Shown here: positions 21,333-42,334 of the stretch, piece by piece | Position numbering within the stretch: the first letter of the stretch is position 1 | How the letters are laid out: every line of letters begins with the position of its first letter | Assembly (NCBI RefSeq): GCF_009914755.1 | Contig: NC_060945.1 | DNA: 64,000 bases | From: the human T2T-CHM13v2.0 reference genome, Homo sapiens | Strand: one strand, 5' to 3' | Position numbers and translations under genes: made by a program | The notes under the pieces: model-generated | Told to the model about the DNA's origin: nothing | The model's database searches: none | What the model saw: the letters and a program-made list of their open reading frames with translations, nothing else

Positions 21333-22326
21333 CTTTAATGACCACATGTGAAGTTTCTTTTGAACTAATTTTAACTACCTATTTTTATTGCTTTTTTGCT
21401 CCTATTAGAAAAAATATTAAAGTTTCTGTTACTACAATCTATTCAAATCTAAACATAGTGCTTATCTTAAAAGATCTGTATGCTTGGAATTATGGAAATC
21501 CTATTCTCCATTTAAAATACTGCTTTTCAGTAAGCCAAATGGGGCAATTGTGGCTCACAATCATAAGTTATTAAATATTAATACCATCATCTAGATGGAA
21601 CTTTTAGTTATCTGCATGTTCAAATTGTTTTAACTTGTAATAAGTCAGAAACAATAAATTTTTATAAACTATAAAAATAAACTAAAACTATATTTATCAA
21701 TGCATTTTTTTTGGTTTTAGAATACTTAGCCCCAGGATTATTTCTAGTTGACATAACACTAGATTTCAGATGATGTGGATGTAGAAACTAGAGACGTCCT
21801 GGTTGACTCTGCTTCACTTTCTGCCTTCATTTAGCACACAAGCATATCGGCACAATGAAAGCCAGCAATGCTAACCCTTTTGAAAAACACACCAGTGCCC
21901 TTCTACAGAGAATATATGTGTGAAAAGATTCATCTGAAAGTCATGCCATCTTCTTTTTGATTTACAGACTTATATATGACAAATAACACAAATAAAAATT
22001 TAACACTGCCATATAATCAGAAAATTATTCTAAAAATTCCTTCTGACACATTATTCTTTGTCACCAAAATGGTTGTGATGAAATAATTGCCTTTGCAGGA
22101 CTGTTGTCTTAAATAACCAATACTCCTGTTTCATTGTTCTTGAACTTTAACCATAATAGAAATTTTATTTCCTAATTATGTCACTTAGGTGTGATTATCA
22201 TAGCTTCATATTTTCAAAAATGGTTCTAAAAAAACTAAACCACTGACCATCTTTGTTTCCCAAAGAGTAATAAGTTAACACTATCATCTAGCATACTGTA
22301 AATAGATGAAAAATAAAAATGTAGAG

Positions 22327-22524
22327 CAGGGGTGTCCAATCTTCTGGCTTCCCTGGGACACACTAGAAGAATTGTCTTGAGCCATACATAAAATACACCA
22401 ATGATGATAAAAAAATCACAAAAAACTCATAATGCTTTTAGAAAGTTTATGAACTTGTTTAGGGCTGTGCTGAAAGCCATACTGGGCCACGTGAAGCCTG
22501 TAGGCCGTGAGTTGGACAAGCTTG
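22327..22524 (+). mobile_element. MER30 (hAT-Charlie non-autonomous DNA transposon)
   Basis: Termini caggggtgtccaatc ... gttggacaagcttg with the characteristic internal A tract. Confidence 0.9.
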
Positions 22525-22724
22525 ATGGACAGTCATTTATTTTAGCTGCACACCCAAGACTAAGGCCAAGAGCTTTCAGAGAAAGTAGCTTATAGGATGT
22601 CAGGAGACCTGTTATAGAAACATTCACCCCTATGTCTAAAGGGGACAAAATTCTATGTCTTCCACCCTTAATTCCAACCATTAAACAAAACTGGAGAAAT
22701 CTAACATGGCATTATATCACAAAG

Positions 22725-25490
22725 TATTTTATTATTTTTATTTTGGATTCAAGGATACACGTGCAGATTTGTAACATAGGTATACTGCATGACATTGAGG
22801 TTTGGGCAATTAATAATCCCATTGCCCAAATAGGGTACATTATACATCACAAGTACTTTTAAACCCCTGTACCCCTTCTCCCTCCATTTTGGAATCCTTA
22901 GTGTTTATTGTTCTCATCTTTGCTTCCATGTGTACCCAATGTTTAGCTTCCACTTATAAGTGAGAAAATGTAGTATTTGGTTTTCTGTTCTGTGTTAATT
23001 TGCTTAGGATCATGACCTTGAGCTGTATCCATGTTGCTGCAAAGAGTATTACATGATTCTTCTTCAGTGGCTGCATAGTATTGGATGGTGTGTAATTACA
23101 TAATTTTTAAAATCCATCTTAAAATTTATGAGCACATGGTTTCATTCCATGTCTTTGCTATTGTGACTAGTGCTGCAATAAGCATACGAGTGCAGGTGTA
23201 ATTTATTTGTATTTGGGTATACGCCCAGTAGTGAGGCTGCTGGGTCAAATGGTAACTTTGGTTTTAGTCCTTTGAGAAACCCCCAAAATACATTCTACAA
23301 AAGCTGAACTAATTTGCATTCCCACTAAGATTATATCAGGGTTCTCTTTTCTACACAATTTTAACATCTGTTTTTTTTTTTTTTTTACTTTTTCATAATA
23401 GCCATTTAGACTGGGGTGAGATGGTATCACATTGTGGTTTGGATTTACATCTCTCTAATCATTAGAAATGTTCATCAATTTTTCATGTTTGTTGGCTGCT
23501 TTTTTTGTCTTTCTTTTAAAAGTATAGGTTCACATTTTTTGTCAACATTTTTTCTTAAATTCCTTATAAAACATATATATTAGTTATTTATTGTATGCAG
23601 TTTACACATATTTTAGCCCATACTATAGGTTGTCTGTTTATTTTGTTAATAGTTTCTCTTGCTGTGCAGGTCACAATTTTTAATTTTTATTTTTGTTGCT
23701 TTCACTTTTGAGGATGTAGTCATTAATTCTTTACAGAGACCAATGCCAAGGAGAGAATTTTCTAGGTGTTCTTCTAGGATTTTTATAGGTTGAACTCTTA
23801 CAGATAAGTCTTTAATGTATCTTGAGTTAATTTTCTATATCATGAGAAGTAGTGGTCGAGTTTTCCTCTTCTGCATATGACTAAACAGTTTTTCCAGCAC
23901 CTTTTATTGGGTAGGGAGTTCTTTCCATTTGTTTCTGTTGATGCTGTCAAAAATCAATTAATTGCAAGAGTTCAGCTTCATTTCAGGGCTCTCTCTTCTA
24001 TTCAGTAGGGGTGTGTGTGTGTGTGTGTGTGTATCTGCATCCATATTATATTGGTTACCGTAGCTTGTGGTAAAGTTTGAAGTTTGGTAACATAATGTCT
24101 CCAGGTTTATTCTTTTTGTTTAGTATAGCCTTGGACATTTGAGCTTTTTTGTTTTCATATAAATTTTAGAATAGTTTTTTTGTCTAATTTTATAAAAAAT
24201 GGCATTGGTAGATTGATAGAAATAGAAATAAACTGTCGATTGCTTTGGGCAGTATGAAGTTTTTAATAATTCTAATCCATTATCATGAAATACTATTCCA
24301 TTTATTTGCACTGTGTCTGATTTCTTTCAGTAGTGGTTTGTAGTTCTTCTAGTAGAGATATTTAACCTCCTTTGTTTAATGGATTACTATTTTATTTTTT
24401 GTTTCTGGCTATTGTAAACTGGATTGTGTTCTTAATTTTGCTCTGCTTAAGTGTTACTGGTGTATAGAAATGTTCCTCATTTTTGAATGTTGTTTTGCTT
24501 TTTGTTGTTGTTGCTGAGATTTTGATGAAGTCTTTTATTAGGCTTAGGAGTCTTTTGGAGGAGTCTTTGAAGTAGGTAGAAAATTATATCATCAGTAAAG
24601 ACAGATAAGCTGATTTCCTCTTTTGTTATTTGAGTGCTTTTTCTTTCTTTATCTTGCCTGATTGTTCTGGCTAAAACTTTCAGAACTGTGTTGAATAGGA
24701 GTGGTGAAAGTGCACATTCTTTTCTTATTTCAATTTTTAGGAAGGATGCATTAATCTTTCACCTGTTCAGTATGGTGTTGGCTGAGGATTTGTCCTATAT
24801 GGCTGTAATTATTTTGAGGTATGTTCCTTCAATGCCTAGTTTTTTGAGAATTTTTTTCAAAAATAGATATTACATTTTATTAATTGCTATTTCCACATCT
24901 ATTGAGGTAATGTGGTTTTGTTTGTTAATTATTTTTATATGCTGAATCACATTTATAGATTGCACATGTTAAAACATTCCTGCATTCACAGAATAATGTC
25001 CACATAGTTGCAGTGAAATAACTTTGATTTCCTGACTCAGTTTGCAAGCATTTCATGAATAATGTTTGTGTCTGTATTCATCAGGGATATTGGCCTGTAA
25101 TTTTTTTTGGTTGTGTCTTTACCTGATTAATATATCAAGATGAGACTGATATTATATGATAGAATTAATTAGGAAGGAGTCCCACTTTGATTTTTTGGAA
25201 TACTTTCTGTAGAATTACAGCCAACTCATTTTTGTATACATGATAAAATCATGCTGTGAATGCATCTGGTTTAGCACTTTTTATAATTGGTAGTTTTTTT
25301 TTATCACCAATTCAATTTGCTTGCACATTTTTGGTTTCTTCAAGACTTCTGTTTATTCCTGATTCAATCTTGGGAGGTTGTATATTTCTAAGAGTTTATT
25401 CATTTCCTCTAGACTTTCTAGTTGGTGTGCACAGAGATATTTATAGTAGTCTGCAAGTATCCTTTGTATTTTTGTGGGATTGGTTGTCAC
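22725..25490 (-). mobile_element. Older primate L1 (L1PA15-16/L1PB-like), 3' UTR plus ORF2
   Basis: Continuous antisense L1 (cccaatgtttagcttccacttataagtgag; actgtgttgaataggagtggtgaaagtg). Confidence 0.85.
24010..24032. repeat. (GT)n microsatellite
   Basis: About 11 GT units. Confidence 0.9.
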
Positions 25491-27975
<2,485 letters not shown>

Positions 27976-27989
27976 AAAACTATTAAAAA

Positions 27990-28522
27990 TGACAATGTTT
28001 CAAATTCTGACCGGTGTTTTTGTCATAAACCTGTCTGAATAGTATGAAAGATACATAATTTCTGTGCTGTTTTGTCACCTAGTCAGTCATGACCATATGA
28101 ACTCTAATATTTACCACCATGTTCGGCACCCAGCACAGAGCATGGGAGAAGCCAATGTACCTTAGGGCTTTTATTTTGAGCTTGGGACAACTGGAGTTTC
28201 TGGTGCTGGTGGTAATGATAGGGAAGACACAAAAAGGGCAGCTCTTGCTGTGTTTCACATGATTAAACCACTCTGAAGAGAGTAAATAAGTTTGCATCCC
28301 AGATCACTGAAGAAATTTTTTAATTCAAAAGATGCCATGATCTTTAAAATTTTTCCAGATAAAATGACCAAGGAGTTGACTAGTTAGGTGACAAAGACTG
28401 AAACCTCTAAAGTGTAAACTGCACCCAATAAAAAAGTACATTATACAAGTGTGAGAAATTCCTCAAGATTTTAACATTAATATGAAAAAGATTATTTCAC
28501 ATGTGAAATCCACAGGTGTCAT
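27990..28522 (-). pseudogene. Vomeronasal type-1 receptor (VN1R/V1R) pseudogene, 5' half
   Basis: Minus strand from ATG 28522 across frameshifts: MTPVDF..VKILRNFSHLY..HLT/VNSLVILSGKILKIMASFELKNFFSDLGCKLIY..ITTSTRNSSCPKLKIKALRYIGFSHALCWVPNMVVNI. This matches V1R motifs (ANSLVILSKG, NDFGCK, AITISPRNSRWAELK, CWILHMLVNI). Truncated against L1. Confidence 0.85.
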
Positions 28523-28708
28523 TCTATTATTTTTGAATATTTAACATTCACACCAAAAAAAAGATTCTGAATGAAAACTTAAGTTGAGCTGTAAGTATGT
28601 AATAAAAAATTAAGTTTAACATTCTCCACTTACCATTAACTCTTCTAAAAGTTTAATTTCTAAGACATATCTTCTAACTAATTTTATATTTTCCACACAT
28701 TGTGTTAA

Positions 28709-29002
<294 letters not shown>

Positions 29003-29670
29003 TGTGTTAAAATTTAATAAAAGTTTGGTTTTACAAAGATAATAAATTCTGACTGATTTATTCCTCTCACCTGTGAACACTGCATGCCTTTTATCTCAAT
29101 TAACAGATCTGAAATTTACATTGACAAACTTTCATCAGAACCTACAAAGTACTGTGTGAAGTGACATGGCACAAAACAAACAGCAATAAAGATGTAACCA
29201 TAACACAAAGAATAAAAAGAAGGGCTGTGATGCATACACAGTTGGGATAAACATAAGTAGACACACAAACAAAACTAAAGATAATCAGAAAATAAGCAGA
29301 ATGTCTCTTTAAATTCAGAAAGAGTCAATTTTGCAGCATAAGAACAATGTCCTCTCCATATACAGAATCGATTTTATTTCTTCACCATGTGTATTTCCTT
29401 ATCTTTACTTGGAGCTACAAACTAACTCCAGCAGAAATATTTGTGGCCAATAATGGTGCATCTATTACACAGCAAGCATTGTGTTTGCTACATTTACATA
29501 TCAAAATATCTTTATGACTTATGAAGCCTCCCCAGCATTTACCTAAACAAATTGGCTGAATGAATAAATTCACGTATGTCAATTATAAAGAGTAAAAGGA
29601 ACAATAATAAAGGAAACTTAGCTTACACAGGTTTCTCCAATTAAAATAACAAAATGGGGTGTTCTAACTA

Positions 29671-30159
<489 letters not shown>

Positions 30160-30599
30160 CTACCATGAGTACCAGGCACATGAAAGAAAGAATTTGCATG
30201 GAAAGATTCGGAAACGCAATCCATAAGACTTCACAGTAATTAATTAAATAAAATACAGAGAATACAGATATTATTCAAAATCACGGAGGTTTCTGGTCTT
30301 CTAGTAAATGATTTGTCCACTTTATTAAAGTGATATTTTGTTCCAATATTTCTTGTCTTCTGAAAATAGGTACACTCACACTCACACAATTACTTGCCCC
30401 ACAAATTTCTTACACCTAATGTTTATATTAAGAGTAAAATATTTGTATATTTAACACCATGTAAGTAAAAAACTAACAGTCTGTATGAGTTTACGGGCAG
30501 AGAGGCCACTTGTTCAACATATATATGAACAATTTTTAAAAATATTCATTCAGGACTTAGAAATGTGGGATTTCTTATTATACTACTATGTAATTATTA

Positions 30600-30820
30600 T
30601 TATGACCATAAAAAACCTCTGTAGCAAGTAATAATTTACTTGTACATTTTTAAATAACTAAAAATGTTTAATTGGATTGTCTGTAACACAAAAAATAAAT
30701 GCATTATGTAATGAATACCTCATTTACTCTGATGTGATTACAAGTTGTATGCCTGTATGAAAATATTCTATATATGCCATAAATAGGTAAACAATACTAT
30801 GTTCCTACAAAAATTTAAAA
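30600..30820 (+). mobile_element. L1MA 3' end fragment
   Basis: ataatttacttgtacatttttaaataactaaaa...attggattgtctgtaacaca. Confidence 0.65.
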
Positions 30821-31649
30821 CGTTAAACAAATGTACATTTTTACCCATTGAAACAATACTCTTAAACTTTTCAGTTTAATGCCACAGGCAAAAGAGATTG
30901 CTAGAGAGCTCATTCTACTATGTTACCATTTTTATCTACATCTTTAATAAGGTGGGACACGTTAAAGTTGGTGACATAACACTTAACTAAATGCAGGTCT
31001 TAAAAAGTTTAAAACTATTCCCTTTAATTTAAAAGCTAAGTTATCACAGTCTTATAAAAGAATTTTAAAATTCCCTACATTTTATTACATAAAAGTACAA
31101 TTGGTAAAACAATTTACTACTAAAACTCAAAGTTTTCCTTTCACTATAATGCAGAATATTACTCTAAACACATAACTCATGTATCACATGAAAAATGTTA
31201 AAAGTCAGCCATAAAGAGCCTCTCCAATTAGATTTTCAATATACATCTTACATTTTAATATCCTTACTCTTCCACGGAAAAGTTAATGAATGATGCCTAC
31301 CTAATAAGAAAGGAATCTCTCAGATTTCTGATGCAACAGAAATTGATGACATGCTTTTACACAAACAACAGGAAAAAAGGAGCAGAATGAAGCAGTTTTA
31401 CAGTTGAATTACCTCACTATTTGCTTTTCAAAAAATCTACATTTTTTTCAAGGAAAAACGTATATCTTGAATGTAATTATAACTCTCCAAAAAATAATCT
31501 TCCACTCCTCTTAAACTTATATACAAATAAATTATCCAACAGTTTTAGCTTTGGATTACTTTCTATACAGAACATTCTGATTTAGTGTAACGTCTTAAGT
31601 GCCAGTGCCTTAATTCTTCCTATTGTGAATTTTCTAAAGTTTACAAAGA

Positions 31650-34813
<3,164 letters not shown>

Positions 34814-35667
34814 TTATTTTATAGACTTATAACAAAACTGTACTGACCAAAATGTCTATGGAAAATCTAGAAATGAGTTAAGTGTGTTCAGTGTACCAGG
34901 TGAGCAAAATGCCACAAGCCATACTGAATGGATAGAAAAGTTTGTTACATTTGCCCAACACCTTTACTCCTCCATAATGCAGCATGGCACTTTTAGAAGT
35001 AAACTGCAATGCCTGGCATCTTCCTCAATATAGAAAAAGAAAAAACTGGCTCGTGTAGTTTTACTTCTGGCTTCTGGGCACTTTTACAGAGACTTGTTTC
35101 TGTCTCCAGTGACAAAATGTGCTGAAAGAAATGATGGTATACTTTGAAATAACAGCTTGAGTCTGCTGAGATCAAAGGTAAATGTTACAGCAACAAACTA
35201 CAGTACCACAGGCATGCAATATGTGTAGGAAGTAATTACAGACTGTTAAGAAACACAGACAAACCTCTTTAACTGAATAATCAACACAAAATTCCACACA
35301 AGACACATCATAACATATTTGATAGGCTCCCAGAATCTCTAGTTGAGACAACTGGTTTCAGATTATGTTAGGACAACACCACATTATAAAGATTGTGAGA
35401 GGTAGCTGTTTGTTAATGTCCAAATCTCAACCAAAGAGTACAATACATACAAAATATTACAGTGACATGGCCTAAGTAAAAAAAAAAACTTAAAACTGTC
35501 AGAAAACAACCATGAAAATAAAGATGTACACATTAATTTTAAAAATTTAACCTAAATGGGAACACAGGTAACTAAATAAAATCAGAAAAAAATAGAATAT
35601 CAAGGAAAAGATGAAAAATATAATAGAAATTATGGAAGTAGAAAATAGAAATAGAAATAATAACTGA

Positions 35668-35951
35668 GGCCAGGTGTAGTGGCTCATGTCTGTAGTCCCA
35701 GCACTTTGGAGTTTGAGGCAGGCAGATCACTTGAACCTAGGGAGTTCAGGTTTAAACTGGGAAACATGGCAATACTTCTCCTCTATAAAAATTAAAATTA
35801 GTCAGGTGTATTGGCACACACCTGTGGTCCCAGTAAACAGGAGGCTGAGGTAGGAGGATCACATAAGCCTAGGGAACCCAAGGCTGCAGTAAGCTGCAAT
35901 ATGCCACTGTACTCAAACCTGGGTGACAGAGCAAGACACTGTCTCGAAAAA
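35668..35951 (+). mobile_element. AluJ
   Basis: Divergent Alu with gtaggaggatcac..aggctgcagt. Confidence 0.85.
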
Positions 35952-37389
35952 TTAAGAATACCTGAGAAATTCTCAAAAGTAAGAAAATAAGGTTGTAAAA
36001 ATGAAGAAGCTCAACATACTAAAACTAGGAAACACACAGATCCATAACAAGACATGCAAAGCAAAGTTCCCAAAGTCACAGACAAGAAGAGAATCTCAAA
36101 TGCTGGAAAATACATAATTATGGTTCCATGATATAACCAGTGACTCTTTCAACAAAAACCTTGCAGGCCAGAAGGAAATTGTGTGCTATAGTCGAGATGC
36201 CAAGCGAAAAATAGCTTCTATGTAAGAATAATATAACCAGCAAAACTGTGCTACAAAAATGAAGAAAAAGGAAAGACCTCTAAAGATAATGAAATGTGGA
36301 AAAATTATATCAACACTACATGTGCCCTACAAAAAATGCTGAGAAGAGTCCTCCTACTAAAACTATATGATGCTAAAAAACAAAACTATCATATAAAAAT
36401 AGGTAGCTTTCTAGGAAAGATATAAAGATATGCAAATATTATAGAAAAAATATCCTGTAGCATTATTATAATACCAAAAAATGTTTTATTTAATTATTCT
36501 CTAAAATTTAAAGATAAAAGCTAAAAATAATAATGAACATCTGTTAATAAATATATAACATAAATAGATATGTTTAGTGACATCAATAACTAAGCTGAAG
36601 ACAGATATAATAAGAAATAATTTGTGCATGGACCCAAATTTAAATTTCACCACTTCAAAATATATTGTTGAAATTTTAAGAGGTTTTTATATAATCCTGA
36701 AGGCACCCACAAAGAAAATGTCTGTATAGGTACAAAAAAGGAAATAAGAAAGAAGTGACAGCCTATCCATACAAAAATCAAAAAGACACAAAGGAAGATA
36801 GAATGAGAAACAGACCTACAAGAATCATTAAACAATAAAATAACAATAATCTTTGTCTTCAGAAAATAAATATTTTAAAAATAGACTTGCCAATCAATAC
36901 ACATACATTGAATAGTGGGATTATATAAAATTTTATATACCAAGATCCAACTTGCCTTTCTTCAAGAGTCACTTGAGATCTAGTAGTGACATCAGCCTGA
37001 AAGTGGCAAGTGGAAGAAGACATTTTAGGCAAACATTAACCAAATGAGAGCAGAAGAGATCAAAATTGTATTATACAAAATATATCGTAAGTCAACAACT
37101 CTCTTATTTTATAAAATATACTCTATGTCAAAATTCACAAGAGAAAAAAGGTCATTAAACAATAATAAAGATATAATTTATTGAAAATGTATGACAAATA
37201 TGTGCATACATATATTTATATGTTTGTGTGTGTATGTGTATTTCTCACATTAGGTTTCCAAAAATACGAAACAAAAATTGACAGAATTAAAGCAACAAAT
37301 AAAGAGCAATATAATTATAATAAGATATTTTAATACTTCAATTTCTGCAATGAACAATAAAACAAAACAATATTAATAATGGAAAAGAG

Positions 37390-37682
37390 GGCCAGGTACG
37401 GTGGCTCACGCCTGTAATCCCAGCAATTTGGGAGGCCAAGGCAGGCGATCACGGGGTCAGGAGATGGAGACCATCCTGGCTAACACGATGAAACCCAGTC
37501 TCTACTAAAAATACAAAAAATTAGTAGGGCGTGGTGGCAGGTGCCTGTAATCCCAGGCACTCAGGAGGCTGAGGCAGGAGAATGGCATGAACCCAGGAGG
37601 TGGAGCTTGCAGTGAGACAAGATCGCACCACTGTACTCCAGCCTGGGTGAGAGCAAGACTCTGTCTCAAGAAAACAAAAAAA
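37390..37682 (+). mobile_element. AluY-like
   Basis: Full Alu; TSD ggaaaagag. Confidence 0.9.
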
Positions 37683-37710
37683 GGAAAAGAGAAACTGAAA
37701 GCAGTACAGA

Positions 37711-37993
37711 TGGGAACAAGTGGCTCATGCTTGTAATTCCAGCACTTTGGGAGGCCAAGAAAGACAGATTACTTGAGGTAAGGAGTTTGAGACCAGCCTG
37801 GCCAACATGGCAAAACCCCATCTCTACTAAAAATAGCCAGGTGCGGTAGGAGGCGCCTATAATCCCAGCTACTCAGGAGGCTAAGGCAGGAGAATTGCTT
37901 GAACCAGGGAGGCGGGGTTTGCAGTGAGTCGAGATTGCGGCACTGCAATCCAGCCTCGGTGACTGAGCAAGACTCCATCTCAAAAAGAAAAAA
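37711..37993 (+). mobile_element. AluS
   Basis: Alu in direct tandem after the previous one. Confidence 0.88.
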
Positions 37994-38257
37994 TATACAA
38001 AGAAAGAAGTATAAAACAATATTATGCCCTAACAAAGAATACCCCTTAACAATAGCAGGGTATAACCATTCTCAATAGCTCACATATATTCTCTTTGATA
38101 AACTGCCTGTTAGGCCATGATAAAAATAAAAACTTACTAAATCTTTAAAAATTGAAATTGATAGATTACTTTTTATGACCAAAATGGAATAAGAGTAGAA
38201 ATCAACAAAAACAAAACTAAAAAATTTACAAATACATGAAAATTAAACAACACACTC

Positions 38258-38323
38258 TTCAGCATGCTCAAAGGGTAAAATAATTAATATTCAGCATGAT
38301 CAAAGGGTAAAATAATTAATATT
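38258..38323. repeat. 32-bp tandem duplication
   Basis: ttcagcatg(c/a)tcaaagggtaaaataattaata x2. Confidence 0.9.
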
Positions 38324-38574
38324 GTGAAGATGCCCGTACTGCTGAGTGTAATCTACAGATTTAATGCAATCCCTTTCAAATATCTAATTTTATTTTAGCA
38401 GAAATAGAAAAAGCAATCCCCAAATTATATGAAATTTTAAGAAACAATGAAACACCCAATAATCTTCAAAGAGAGGAACAACGTTGGAGGCATCACAACT
38501 CCCTGATTTCAAAACACATTATATAGACTTAAAAAAATTTGGTTTGGTTATAAAAAGTGAACTAGACCAAATAA

Positions 38575-38937
<363 letters not shown>

Positions 38938-39081
38938 GCACATCCATAATTTTTACAGCATTGTTATTGAAAGGCAATAGGTGAAAGCAATGCAAAATTT
39001 TCTCCCCAGATTACTGGATAAATATAATTTGAAACATAAAAATAATGGAATATTACTCAGTGTTTAAAAACAGGAAATACA

Positions 39082-39368
39082 GGCCAGGCACACTGGCTCA
39101 CACCTGTAATCTCAGCACATTGGGAGGCCGAGGTGGGTGAATCACCTGAGTTTGGGAGTTCGAGACCAGCCTCACCAACATGGAAAAACCCCATCTCTAC
39201 TTACAAAAATTAGCCGGGCATGGTGGTGCATGCCTGTAATCCCAGCCTCCTCTCAGGAGGCTGAGGAAGGAGAATGGTTTGAACTTGGGAGGTGGAGATT
39301 GTGGTGTGCTGAGATCGCTGCACTGAACTCCAGCCTGGGTAACAAGGGCGAAACTCCGCCTAAAAAAA
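39082..39368 (+). mobile_element. AluSp-like
   Basis: tttgggagttcgagaccagcctcaccaacatgga; TSD aggaaata. Confidence 0.88.
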
Positions 39369-40083
39369 AGGAAATATTCTAACAAACAACCATAACAAAC
39401 TTTCATGAAATTATGCAGAATAACATATGTCAGCCACAAAAAATATGGTATGAATCCACTTACATGAGATATTTAAAGCAGTTAGACTCAAAAACAGGAA
39501 AACAGAATTGTTTGTAAAGGGCCAGAAAATGGGAGAATTGAGTAGTTGTTTAATGTGTATTCAGTTTTAGTTTTGTAAGACAAAAACATTCTACAGATAT
39601 ATTGTATAATAATGTCAATATAGTTAATATAAACTACATATTTTTAAATTAAGATTCTAAATTTTATGTTCTTGATAATTAAAAGTAAACAGTAATAATA
39701 CCTTAAAAAAGGGACAAAATTGACAGTTTTTAAAATTACCTTCAAATCAAAAAAGTGTTTCTCCCACACAAAAATAGATTCCCAAATAGATATTAGAAGT
39801 AGGAGAATTTTTATGACTACTCAGATAAAACGACCATTGATCACTCACAAACATACAAGTCATAAACAATACAGAAATAATATGTGTATACACAAACACA
39901 GAAATTATTATATTGGGAATAGAGATATGACTGATTCATATGTAACTTTGGCTCCACGCTGTCTTAAAGTGTACAGAATTGAATATTGTCATTCACAATT
40001 GTCATAAAAATAAAAACTAAAAACACAATTAACTGATGTCACTTGGCATACTCTAAAATATGAAACAAAAAAGAAATAAAATT

Positions 40084-40437
<354 letters not shown>

Positions 40438-40730
40438 TTAAACTTACTGAACACCATTAAGTAGATTACTACATTTGGAAAAGAAATCTTAGAAGACGAA
40501 TGTAGGGAAAAAGTAGTTAGAGGGGTTATTTGAAGATAAAAGAGGATGAGAACTTTCCAAATTTTTATGTGATAAAAGAAAAACTAATACCAATCAATAC
40601 TGTTTGCTTTGAAATTATTTGGAATTATTCTGGAATTAAAAATAAGGAAACAATAAAGAACTTACAAAATAAACAAAAAGTGAAGGTATTTATCACCACA
40701 GGCATGGTCCCACAAGAAATGCTACATGGT

Positions 40731-40845
40731 GGCCAGGCACCAGTGGCTCATGTCTGTAATCCCAGAGTCTTGTGAGGCCAAGGCAGGCAGATTAGTTGAG
40801 GCTAAGAGTTCAAGATGAGCCTGAGTAACATAGTGAGATGCTGTT
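40731..40845 (+). mobile_element. Alu left monomer (FLAM/AluJ)
   Basis: ggccaggcaccagtggctcatgtctgtaatccc...aacatagtgaga. Confidence 0.8.
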
Positions 40846-41102
40846 TATTTTTTTATTGCCGAAAAGAGTCCATATGTTGAAAAATATAATGATGCTGAAC
40901 AATCTTAAAAAACTACATGAAACTATAAACTTTCTGTTAAATGTAAATATATAAACACATATACAATTGTTTACTACCATAATCATTAAGCAAAATCTCT
41001 TAAAATTCTGCTATAGAATTTCAACAAAAAATCTGCATAAATCTGTTAATAGATACACAATATAAAATAATATTTGTAATAATGAAAAACTACAGGATGT
41101 AA

Positions 41103-41422
41103 GCCTGGGCACAATGGCTCATGCCTGTAATCCCAGCACTTTGGGAGGACGAGATGGGTGGATCACAAAGTCAGGAGTTCAAGACCAGCTTGGCTAAGAT
41201 GGTGAAACCCCATCTCTACTAAAAATATGAAAAATTAGCCGGTCATGGGGGTGGGTGCCTGTCGTCTCAGCTACTTGAGAGGCTGAGGCAGAGCATTGCT
41301 TGAACCTGGGAGGCGGAGGTTGCAGTGAGCCGAGATCACACCACTGCTCTCCAGCCTGGGTGACAGAGCGAGACTCCATCTCAAAAACAAAACAAAACAA
41401 AACAAAACAAACAAACAAAAAA
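41103..41422 (+). mobile_element. AluS with (CAAAA)n tail
   Basis: TSD actac(a/g)ggatgtaa. Confidence 0.9.
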
Positions 41423-42334
41423 CCCACTACGGGATGTAAAGAGGTATAGTTTTTGTATTCAACTGAAGTTATGACGTACTAATATTGTTATAACTTTAAA
41501 ATGTTTTACATAATCTCCAATTACCTAGATAATTACAAGTTTATAGAAAGTATGCAATACAAAATGAGAAAGGAAACAAAGCATAACACTACAAACTCAA
41601 AAAAGCAAAAATTAAGACAGTAAAATAGGAAATTATGGGAAACATCTCTACAAGAAACACAAAAAATAATAACAATCAAAATGGTAATAGTAACTTCATT
41701 TCTCTATGGAATCATTTTAAACATAAATTGATTAAACTAATAATAAGAAATTAAATGGCCCAATGGAATAAGAACAAACAAAATCACACAATATGCAACA
41801 AATCACACAATATTCTTGTTCAAACATAGTGTACTCTGTTAGGACACATAACAAGCCTTATTAAGTTTAAGAAGACTAATCAGGTGTGGTGGCTCATGCC
41901 TGTAGCCCCAGCACTTTGGGAGGCCAGGACTGGAAGATTGCTTGAGACCAGGATTTCAAGAGACTCACTTTAACTTTGAGTCAAATAGGTTGAAAGAAAC
42001 AGAATGAAAAAGCATATTCCATGCAAACAGTATCCACAATTAAGTGAGGTGGTCATAAATTATATTCGACAAAATACGCTGTAAATCAAAAACTAGCATG
42101 AGGTAAAGATTGTTACTATATAATGGTAACATTGGTCATTTACCAGGAATCTATAACTATTACATCTATTTAAAAGATCAGGGTTCCAAAATATATAAAG
42201 CTAATATTGACAGAAGTGAAGCAAAAAATACATAGCAACATAATAATCACAGACATTAAGACCCCACTTTAATAATGAGTGAAAGTTTAGATAAAACATC
42301 AATAAGAGAACAAAACCTGGATGACATTATAAAT

